Made by a program: the position numbers and the translations under genes. This document shows positions 53,201 to 64,000 of a DNA stretch of 64,000 nt, in pieces (position 1 is the first letter of the stretch; each line of letters opens with the position of its first letter). Origin of the DNA: Macrostomum lignano (taxonomy: Eukaryota); contig NIVC01001478.1 of assembly GCA_002269645.1 (NCBI GenBank), forward strand, positions 99,136 through 163,135, read 5' to 3'. The notes under the pieces were generated by a model. That model was given only the letters and a program-made list of their open reading frames with translations. It did no database searches and was not told the DNA's origin.

Positions 53201-55299
53201 TGTTGCGTATTCCATCGCGAGGTTATTGTTGACACGGACATTAGACATTATTAAAGAAAAGAAACGGAGACAGTCAGGCTAACAATGGGTTCACATGCAT
53301 ATACATGAGTATGCATGACAAGCAATCATGTTGATGCAGATTCGGTACTACAAGCCAATAATAAATCAAGCTTTGACACTACCAATGGGATATGATAACA
53401 CACATTTTGAGTGACTTTATTGAGTTGTGCTACTCAGGGAACTGTGCTGGTGGTTGCCGTGGGTGAATTCGGCAAGAAATCCCCGCCCAAGAGAAAATGG
53501 AAAAGTGTGAAGTCAAAAGGCTCGGCTTCCTAACCCTCTCTCTAACCCCCGCTTCTAACCCTTGAAGCTCAGCTAATTAGCCTAATGCCACCTTCTCCTA
53601 CAATAAGGGTGCCTATAAGCTGAGTGTTGAGTGCGGTCTCCGGCGCCATTGGCGGCAGCTGAGCACAGAGATGACACAGTCCACCCAGCTGGGTCAGCTA
53701 GACACTTATCCCTCTAGTCGAGCGTGAAATCCCTGACTGCCCTACCTGCTGGGCCAAATCTCAGCTTTGTTCTCAAGCCGACTCGGGTCCCCCTTTGACC
53801 CAATTAGAAGCAAAGAAGTAAAGGTGGCAGCCAATATAGGTTGTCTATCATGCGCTGCTCCTGTTATAACAAGCTACAGTAAGCGCACTCTCTAACCTGT
53901 ATTTTTTTCTGTAATGTCACCTCTGATTTCTATATAGACTAGAAATGTAAAGGGTTAGAGATGTGGGTTCATGTTGTAACAGAACCTAGTGGCTTGCTTA
54001 CACTACTAAATTTTAACAAACATATTATATAAGTTGCAAATTCAACTTATGCAAATTCACAGAATTCACAGACCACCGTAACCATAGTTGTTCACCTGAA
54101 TCACCAAATAGCACGTAAATTGTAGAAAATTAGGCTCTACTAATTAGTGAATATTGAGCGTAGACAGTCGGGAGTTTGGCTTTAGGCCATAGACAAAACT
54201 CGCTAACTCATAAAGTGCATGCTTGGCGAGGTAGTCCATGGACTTCTATACTTAGCCTAGCTCTGCCTCTGCCATGCTTATGTAATTTTACTGTCTATGG
54301 TCAAAAGCTAAAGTCGCCGATTGAAAGGGAATTCGCCAATTATAAATCTACAGACGGCTGGGTTGAATAAATCGAGGTTGCGCATCTGTGCTCGGACACC
54401 CTAAAATGTTAGAAACCGACACGACACGATCTGGCCTGGAATCAACGTTAGATTAAGAAAGCATCCAAAAATATAAAAATTAAAATTCTATTTCCTCCCG
54501 AGCTGCGGGAGAGAAAACATCCTGGTGTTGAATCTGAGAACAGCCTGGTATAGAAGATTAGCGCGCAAATCATCCCCCAAAACCAAATCCCCACCCGCTG
54601 GCCAGTGCGTATCTGCAAAGCAGTTGTCTCAACTCCAGGGATTAAGTTGGAATTAAAAAAACTTGCAAGCAGCGGTAGCGGCAGCAACGGAGGCTGGAAG
54701 GTAGACGAGGAAGGATGGAGGTTATAAGAAGACCTTCTCACCTCGGGCTTAATCCATACAGTTGGCAGGTTTTATCTGCCCGGAGCAGGGTGGGAGGGAC
54801 AGGGCCCGCTCGGGAGTGAACTCGCATTTGATTAAAGAGCCCCTCTGCTGCCTGGGCTCGGTCATTATCTCCCGGCCAGAAGGCTCCCGGCGAACTCGCC
54901 CGGCCGTGAAATCCCCCCACCCCGCATAGCTCCTGCTGCCGCCTGGCACCTGGGCTGGCACGATCGCGGTGGGTGGGGTCGCCGGACCCTGCCCAGGCAT
55001 GCTGGGGCACCATTAGCGGAACCTACAGGGCCCGCGCCCGCCTTCTGTTCGAAAACTCTGCAACTCAAAAACGTTTTTAGCTCGTTATAGACTGCCGCTT
55101 ATTTCCGGATTGGCGTAACCAAGCCTTCCAGTGCGTCATACCTGTTAATGTTGTTATGTACGTTTGCCTGCGTCGATAAAGCTAAATTAACGGGCACATT
55201 TCTTGTCTGATAAATATTCTTCCTGATAAAAATCCGCATAAATAACTCGAAAGTGTGCATTGAAGCTCTTTAAAAATGTGAACTGGTGGCTTTAGCAAG

Positions 55300-57160
55300 A
55301 AAAGGAGCTCAGAGCGGGAATGAAAATATTCAGAGCGGGTAATAGAGAGATTCAGAGCGGGGAATAGAGAAATTCAGAGCGGGGAATAGAGAGATTCAGA
55401 GCGGGGAATAGAGAGATTCAGAGCGGGGAATAGAGAGATTCAGAGCGGGGAATAGAGAGATTCAGAGCGGGGAATAGAGAGATTCAGAGCGGGGAATAGA
55501 GAGATTCAGAGCGGGGGAAAGAGGGATTCAGAGCGGGGAATAGAGAGATTCAGAGCGGGGATAGAGAGATTCAGAGCAGGGAATAGAGAGATTCAGAGCG
55601 GTAATAGAGAGATTCAGGGCGGGAATAGAGAGATTCAGAGCGGGAATAGAGAGATTCAGAGCGGCAATTGAGAGATTCAGAGCGGGGAATAGAGAGATTC
55701 AGAGCGGGAATAGAGAGATTCAGAGCGGGGAATAGAGAGATTCAGAGCGGGGGAAAGGGATTCAGAGCAAGGAATAGAGAGATTCAGAGCGGGAATAGAG
55801 AGATTCAGAGCGGGAATAGAGAGATTCAGAGCGGGAATAGAGAGATTCAGAGCGGGGAATAGAGAGATTCAGAGCGGGAATAGAGAGATTCAGAGCGGGG
55901 GAAAGAGGGATTCAGAGCGGGGAATAGAGAGATTCATAGCGGTAATAGAGAGATTCAGAGCGGGGGAAAGGGATTCAGAGCAAGGAATAGAGAGATTCAG
56001 AGCGGGGAATAGAGAGATTCAGAGCGGTAATAGAGAGATTCAGAGCGGGGGAAAGGGATTCAGAGCAAGGAATAGAGAGATTCAGAGCGGGGAATAGAGA
56101 GATTCAGAGCGGGGAATAGAGAGATTCAGAGCGGGGGAAAGAGGGATTCAGAGCGGGGAATAGAGAGATTCAGAGCGGGGATAGAGAGATTCAGAGCAGG
56201 GAATAGAGAGATTCAGAGCGGGGGAAAGAGGGATTCAGAGCGGGGAATAGAGAGATTCAGAGCGGTAATAGAGAGATTCAGGGCGGGAATAGAGAGATTC
56301 AGAGCGGGAATAGAGAGATTCAGAGCGGCAATTGAGAGATTCAGAGCGGGGAATAGAGAGATTCAGAGCGGGAATAGAGAGATTCAGAGCGGGGAATAGA
56401 GAGATTCAGAGCGGGGGAAAGGGATTCAGAGCAAGGAATAGAGAGATTCAGAGCGGGAATAGAGAGATTCAGAGCGGGAATAGAGAGATTCAGAGCGGGG
56501 AATAGAGAGATTCAGAGCAGGGAATAGAGAGATTCAGAGCGGGAATAGAGAGATTCAGAGCGGGGGAAAGAGGGATTCAGAGCGGGGAATAGAGAGATTC
56601 AGAGCGGTAATAGAGAGATTCAGAGCGGGGGAAAGGGATTCAGAGCAAGGAATAGAGAGATTCAGAGCGGGAATAGAGAGATTCAGAGCCGCAATTGAGA
56701 GATTCAGAGCGGGGAATAGAGAGATTCAGAGCGGGAATAGAGAGATTCAGAGCGGGAATAGAGAGATTCAGAGCGGGGAATAGAGGGATTCAGAGCGGGA
56801 ATAGAGAGATTCAGAGCGGGGAATAGAGAGATTCAGAGCGGGAATAGAGAGATTCAGAGCGGGGGAAAGAGGGATTCAGAGCGGGGAATTGAGAGATTCA
56901 GAGCGGGAATAGAGAGATTCAGAGCGGGGAATTGAGAGATTCAGAGCGGGAATAGAGAGATTCAGAGCGGGGAATAGAGAGATTCAGAGCGGGGAATTGA
57001 GAGATTCAAAGCGGCGGAAAGAGGATTCAGAGCGGGAGTAGAGAAATTCAGAGCGGGAATAGAGAGATTCAGAGTGGGGAATAGAGAGATTCAGAGTGGG
57101 GAATAGAGAGATTCAGAACGGGAATAGAGATTCAGAGCGGGGAAAGAGGGATTCAGAGCG
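55300..57160. repeat. ~22-bp purine-rich minisatellite (GAGAGATTCAGAGCGGGGAATA)n
   Basis: Direct reading. Confidence 0.97.
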
Positions 57161-57957
57161 GATCCAAAGGAGAGAAAGATTCGGAATGAAATATCGGTAG
57201 AAAGAGTAAGTGATAGAAATTAGATTGCAAACCTTGCCCCAAGGCCTCGGCCCAGCTTCAAGAAGCCATGGCGGGAATTTTCTGATTCAACGCTCCTGGC
57301 TTCAATTATTCCCCCTCCCCCGACCAGCAGCAGCTCCACCTGTCCGAGTTCAAACTCAGAATTCCTTAATCCGAGCCTGCCTCACCCCTGAAATGCCGTA
57401 GCCGGCACGCTATTCTGGAGTCACCCCTGAGTTGCAGGTCTTCAGCCCGGCCCTGTGTTTCAGCCGCCGGGCCGATCGCCCCACCCCACGATTCGAATCT
57501 CGAGCGGGACAAAGCGAAAATCAAGGAGGCAAAATATCACAAACGATTCTCCGTTTCGTTTTCCCTCTAACTCTCGTCTTTATCCCCTTGAGCTCTTTCC
57601 TTCCCCTCCCTCCATCATTCCCCGTATCGTTTTTTTTCCACCAAAAGATGAGAGGAAACAGGTGGATGAAACCCAGGTAGGCATAGGTGGGTCTCCTACC
57701 CCAAGCAGAAGCTGGCGTGATGCCTCGGCAAGATTGGGGCTCGGATTTGAGGGCATCAGAAGACGGGGATAGTAAAAAATATAAGAACGAACCGACTGAA
57801 GACAGCAGCGGAGAGTCAGACAGGCAATATCAGGCCTCACACAGACACAGACAAACCGCTACAATCCCCCCAGGTAGCAGCTGCCTATTCCTAAAGCAGG
57901 TTTCAAAGTGATTTTTAATCAAGCCGAAACGCTCGCTCGGAGTCCGAGGCCACAAAC

Positions 57958-57975
57958 GAGAGAAAGAGAGAGAGG

Positions 57976-58014
<39 letters not shown>
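57958..58014. repeat. (GA)n microsatellite
   Basis: Direct reading. Confidence 0.9.
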
Positions 58015-58015
<1 letters not shown>

Positions 58016-59609
58016 CTCCGGGACCGAATGAAGCCCCAATATTTTGGCGAACAAACCGACAGAAAAACTTCTATTTCTCCAGCAGATGAGGAGTCAGTCA
58101 GTATTCGGTTTGCAGTGGCCATGCTGGGGTGGCCTCCCTCCCCCACACTACACCGAGGCTGCAGGTGCGCTGGCCACCCATCCCATCCTCCGCGAGCTGC
58201 CGCAGGTGGCGGTTTGCAACTCAGCCCGGACCGGCCGAAGGGGCGGGGAGCATGCGGGAGAAAAATTAAGGCCCCGCGCCGGGGAGCTCATGCAGCCCGC
58301 TGCGAAGCAAAATGGAGACTGCGGGCGGAGCAGGCCCAGCCTTGCATCTGTATTCTGTCTGCTCCTCCCCGCCTATTAGAAATGAAAGGGAAAGCGGCGA
58401 CGGGGGGGGTGGGAGAAGAAAGATTGAGCGGTGGAAAAGTTTTCCAGCAAAGCCGGCGAGCATTAATAACGCAGCCTTCACCCCTGTGATTCCCCGATGC
58501 TGGGGGATGGCTAATAGCAGGGCTCGGCGTTGCATGACCTGGGCCTATTTTTTGTCATCCTATCATCCCATTCTCCCACCGGCTGCCCACCTGCAGCAGC
58601 CGCCCCAAATGCTCCATGAGCATCCAGTAGCCTGCGAGGATCCGAGCGACTCGAGACTCGACCTGTCCGCCTTCCTGCCGTGTCCGCCTTGTCGAGAGGA
58701 AGGAGGCGCTCGCGGCTTGATGGCAGCAGGACAAGGAGGCAGAGATACCAGCCAAAGCAGTCCGCACCAATTTCCGGGCCTAGGAGATGTAGCTGGGAGG
58801 GGGGAGGGGCGAAGCTGAGCTGCCAGGATGGATGAGGAGCAGAAATAGCCAAGCAGACAAAGATGACGAGAAAATTGCCTTTCTCCAGGCCTGGGGAGGG
58901 GCAGGGCGGGCTCCGGGTCCACACGGAAGGAGCTTAGCAGGACAAGAAGCTGGAGAAGAAGAAAGAGACACCGATTTTCTTGTCGGAGCGGAGACTAGAC
59001 CCCTCCGAGTCCAGGCCGGGCGGGCGGCGCACAGACCATTTTCAAATTTGTCTCGCTTATATTTTCTTATTCTCCAGCAGCCAGCGGGGCTTAGTGAGTA
59101 GCGGCAGCGGTGGGGGGGGGGGTGCGCATTCGAGTCACCTGCCTGCCATTCGCGCCGGAGCCGCTAGTCCGGAGATGCGAGTAATTCGATCAGAAAGCGG
59201 GAGGACGGGGCTCCAGCCCAAGAGAAACGAAGTGGCGTGCAGGGCTTAGTGCTCCCCTCCCCGCCTTCCTGCTTGTCACATCACTTTGCTCCGAATGAGG
59301 ATTGGGGAATGCAGGTAGCTATGAGCAGCTGCTTAAGAATGAAAATTTGAGACACGAATTCTGCCAGGATTGGCGCTTTGAAAGCATAAGGAGCAAATTA
59401 ATTCGACCGAAGTGACTTGATCATCTTCCACAAAGTCATATAGCTTTCGATCTCGAGTCAAAGAGTACATGATGTTTAAGTTGTCGGTGGCGACCTGATT
59501 AAACTCTGGTGTTAAGGTCAAATTTCTATCGATTAACAAAAGTATTCATTCGTTAAACACTTGCGAGCAGCTCGCATGCTTAAGAAAGTGAGAAGAAAAC
59601 CTAGGAAAT

Positions 59610-60150
59610 AGGGGCGCCACCTAGGAGACGGGGCGCCCACCTAGGAGACAGGGGCGCCCACCTAGGAGACAGGGGCGCCCACCTAGGAGACAGGGCGCCC
59701 ATCTGGAGACAGGGGCGCCCACCTAGGAGACAGGGGCGCCCACCTAGGAGACAGGGGCGCCCACCTAGGAGACAGGGGCGCCCACCTAGGAGACAGGGGC
59801 GCCCACCTAGGAGACAGGGGCGCCCACCTAGGAGACAGGGGCGCCCACCTAGGAGACAGGGGCGCCCACCTAGGAGACAGGGCGCCCACCTAGGAGACAG
59901 GGGCGCCCACCTAGGAGACAGGGGCGCCCACCTAGGAGACAGGGGCGCCCACCTAGGAGATATGGGTGCTCACCTAGGAGACAGGGTGCTCACCTAGGAG
60001 ACAGGGACGGCCACCTGGAGACAGGGGCGCCCACCTAGGAGACAGGGGCGCCCATCTAGGAGACAGGTGCGCCCATCTAGGAGACAGGGGTGCCCACCTT
60101 GGAGATATGGGTGCTCACCTAGGAGACAGGGACGGCCACCTGGAGACAGG
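59610..60150. repeat. 21-bp GGCGCC-containing repeat (AGGGGCGCCCACCTAGGAGAC)n, possibly the subterminal array of an undefined DNA element
   Basis: Direct reading; element termini not found. Confidence 0.93.
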
Positions 60151-63100
60151 GGCACCGCCAAAGATCCTGTGAAGGGGGCGCCATGTCTTTGCAAATCCTA
60201 CATGGCCGACCTTATATTTTTGTGTGAAATTAATAAATAGAATGAAAATGGTTCAACAAGGGCGCAGCAGTGGTCTTGAGTCCTAATAAAAGCGTAAAAA
60301 ATTATCAGGACTTTAAAGTTAAAGCTACCAATAAAACGCTTAGTATTTAACGATCTACCGGTAGGATGTTTTGTATTAACGAAAACTATTTCGCCACTAA
60401 CGGAGTTCGAGGCTAGTTAAAAAGCATCATCAATAGAGTCATCAAATTGAATCACAAAACTGATTTGCAGGCCCATATATGATCGCAGAAAAAATTGATT
60501 TCATTTAATGGCAACTGTGAACAAACCTAAAGATGCTGAGCACCTCCTTGCGGTTAGCGGGCACAGGGAGACATCCAGCAAAATATGGGAGCAATAATTA
60601 GTAAAAAAAATGAGGAGTTCAATGAAAACTGAACTTAACAGACACGAATCTGCGATACGCCAAAAACTGCAAAAGCTGCAGCCCGTGCACAGTTATAAAC
60701 AAAACAAGCAGTCAAGTCTTGCAACGCTGCTGGCTGGCAGAGTAGAGTAGAGAGCGGCGGTATCAATGGAAAGCAGAGGGCGGCTATGCCCCTTAATTAC
60801 CCTCGCGACCGGATAAAGATGCAGTGAGCAGCTCAGGACTGAAGCAGCAAATTGGGGGCCGGCCGAAAATGACAGAGACGCAAACGGCGAAAAAACACAC
60901 AGGGAGATCTTTTTTTCTGGAGCCCCTGGAAAAGCGGCCGAGCTAACGAGCCAACAGCCTCTCGGCCAGAAACCGTCCATTGTCTGCGTGTTTAGCCTTC
61001 TGCAGGCAAAAGCGACAGAAGCACTGGGAAGCAAAAGATGAAGGGAACCTTCAATTTCTATTCCTGCTGATCGTCAGTTAAACAAAGGATTCGAATGGCC
61101 CTACTTTCAGTCTCCGTTTGTGCTCATTTGCCTGTGAAACTCTAGACGGGTGAGGCGTTTCTTTGTGGGCGCCCCCGCCGCCCCATGCAGTTTGATGGAA
61201 ATTGCCGCTCCATGAGTTGGAGGGTCCGAGGCAAAGCATATCGCTGCTCGTTTTCTCAACAGCCGACGGGGCAACTGATATAGCGAGTTTTGTAACATGC
61301 AATTGAACCAATATATTAAGGAATTCAGCAGCAATAATTATTGTATATTACTTTACGTATTATTTCTGCGATGTACATTTATATATACGAGTACACGACA
61401 TTGGTTCGATACAGCTCGTACATGAGGTCACCTGTTGACTGAGCATTACCGGGTGCATGGAATGGACATTGTTTCAGGATTCATGCCACTCGTTGAAGTA
61501 CGTGCAAACTAATACAAATAGCTAATACAGTGTTGTGCCATTCCAATACACTCGTAAATATTGCTAAAAAGGTCCTTTGAGGCTGACACCTCGCAGAAGA
61601 TGGTCTACTCTCAAAAGGTAAAAGCAGCATTGGCTGATTTACTTCCAAAAGGAACAGAGGAAAGATTGCTTCTGGAAGAAATTGAGAACGCAGAGCAGGG
61701 CGAGCATCCCGACCGGGGCGTCTCTTAATATTTCCCATTCCCAATCAAGCTCGCCAGGCGCATCCGGTTCGGGACCAGAGAAGGAAGTTTAATTAAGCTA
61801 ATGCGGCTAAAGCCAGAGCCCAGAGCCGGCCTTGGGAAGAAGAGAAGCCGGAGGTGTGAAAGAAAAACGAGACACCGCGCGAGCGAGTGGCGCTGTTAAT
61901 GAGCCACAGGGGTTGCCCCGAGAGCGGCGCGCTTGGAGCTGCTACTCATTTTTCCCCCCTGTTCTGCTCGCCATCGGTTGCGGCGGCACGTCCAAAAAAG
62001 GCGCGGGACACGCCCCACCGCTGCCGGGAACAGGGGAAACACAAGGCTGAAAGGAGCTTCCCGAAGGCTTAACCGGGCTGGTGCTCCTCTTCTCGCCGCA
62101 ATCTCGCCTCTCATTAGCAGCAAAGCGACGGGGGGCGATCGAAGGGACCGCTGTAACGGGAAACAAAAAACCTGTTATTTATCAAGCCTGGGGCTGCTTT
62201 TGGAGCCACTAGGCAGAAATTTCTCAAAGATTCTTGTGATTAGTGTGTGGATTCTTCACTACTTTCCCATTCGTAAGTTGGAAGGCTTCAAAACAGGTAG
62301 AAAAGTCTGCAATTGGAGCTGATCACGAGATGCAAAAACTATCAAATTTATTTTTAAGTATTTTAAAAATAACTGAACCAGATAGCTCAGCTACTTACAG
62401 TAGGTTAGTGTGCTTATGAAATTACTAAACACGAAGGAGTTGAATTAGACAATTTCCCTTCTTAAAACCAAGTCGCAATAATTACGATGCAAGTTTTTAT
62501 CAACAAAACTTTGAAGTTTCAAGACACATTCCTAACTTCTGCAAATTGTCAAAAGGTAAAACTTATAATGCTGTGGTACAATGTGATTTAAAAGAAAAAT
62601 TTTTAGTAATTGCAATAAAAAATAATACGACAAAAGCAAAATTTTTCAAAAATTAAAACATTAAAGTAATTGGTATTCTTTATGCATACTTCTTTTATTC
62701 ATAAAATAAAGTCTTCTATTCTTAAAATCTTTTATTCATAAAGTTTTATTCATACACTAATGGATTAATTTTAAGCATTAACAGACAACTAAAATTGATG
62801 ATGATAATAATAATAGCATAATTTAATTTAATAATTTAATATATAAATATTAAATAATATTATCAAATTATATCACATTTTAAAAATGCATAATCCATAT
62901 TAAAAATGCTTTATAGCTAATGCTATTATTATTATAGCATTTTTGAATATATGCTATATATATATAAATATAAATATAATTTATATATATATATAAATCA
63001 TTTTATCACTGGTTTAGGCACATTGAATCTATGCATCTTTAGCAGCACTTAAAGCTATTAAACAGCTATTAGAGACTAGCAACTCAATAAAATGCAGTTT

Positions 63101-64000
63101 ATACCAAAAGAGTATATATTAAAATATTTTCACATACTAATTAAAAGAAAAAACATTCTCAATATACTTGTAGTTAAGAGAATGGCATTGTATGCCATTT
63201 GAAATTATTTATTACATAACTATTTTCCATGCTTATTTCTAATCTTGTATATAAATTTATGCAGACATTCTTTATAATAAAAAATATAAATAACAAAACT
63301 AAAGCATCATTAAATATTAAAGAAGACAATTGACAAATTTATGTTTGGATGTTAATTTGAATGATATGCATTGACTTTTACTTAGCTTACTTTATCTAGC
63401 TAAGCTAGCTAGATTGTCTATTATGTTTAAAATTATTTCAAAAGTATTAAAAGAGTATAAAATAAATAAAGGTCATAGTATTGTCTTGTACTAACACATT
63501 TTTTCATTACAGCAACAAAAAATATGGAGGCCAAAGGATCAACACCTGACAAAGAATTGATAATGTACATCTATTTTTGTTTGCACTGAATAGCTTTAAT
63601 TAATTTTTGTTTGTTCACATGGCAAAAATGTCAAAGTTAAAAAACGATGTAATTTTTACACAGGTTCAAAGTTGTCTAAAACGTACTAATAATAAATCCA
63701 GAGAGTATTAAATTTATTTCTTAAATAGGAAGGACAAAATAGAAGCATGAGCAAATATACGTGCCGCTGTAGTCTTTCATCCGAAATGACCAAAGCGAAT
63801 CGACCAAGTCAAATCGTTTCTATGAAAATATCATTTTTGAAACGTTATACTTCTTGGCGCTTTAACAAAAAGAATTAATTGTTGTTTCAGAAATTACAAT
63901 GTTTTTATGTTTTACTAGTAAAATGGGTAAAAGGTTTTTAATATTGCAGAAAAAAGCGTAAGAAAAAAATTTTTGAACTATACTCTTCATGAACTTTCTT

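Noticed and set aside
59333-60720. Possible DNA element around the GGCGCC array and a 68-aa minus-strand ORF
   Set aside because: No TIR/TSD found; the ORF starts at TTG, is closed upstream and has no recognisable domain.

Overview
Eukaryotic (animal) genomic DNA with GT-AG introns, GC3-rich exons and about 29 unrelated mini/microsatellite arrays covering roughly 23 kb (~36%, hand estimate). This architecture suggests a Macrostomum-like free-living flatworm, which is inference only. Five protein-coding genes can be built by hand: (1) an intronless DEG/ENaC channel (4413-6479, +); (2) a 4-exon BTB-BACK-Kelch, KLHL10-like gene (10372-16356, +); (3) a single-coding-exon cytosolic sulfotransferase (18304-19287, -); (4) a 2-exon SLC16/MCT-like MFS transporter (22005-24653, +); (5) a 9-exon, ~22-kb CtBP gene (26413-48814, -). 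The main result is gene 5. Its first two exons encode a complete C2CH THAP DNA-binding domain that splices in frame to the CtBP dehydrogenase fold, the architecture known from C. elegans CTBP-1a. The three catalytic residues (Arg/Glu/His) are all replaced, while the NAD-binding and PXDLS-binding regions are kept. Also present are a decayed Ty3/Gypsy RT fragment, a tRNA-headed SINE interrupted by a 985-bp TIR element with an 8-bp TSD, and a 500-bp hAT-like MITE with an 8-bp TSD. Most long ORFs in the supplied track are artefacts of tandem repeats or of antisense reading of real genes.
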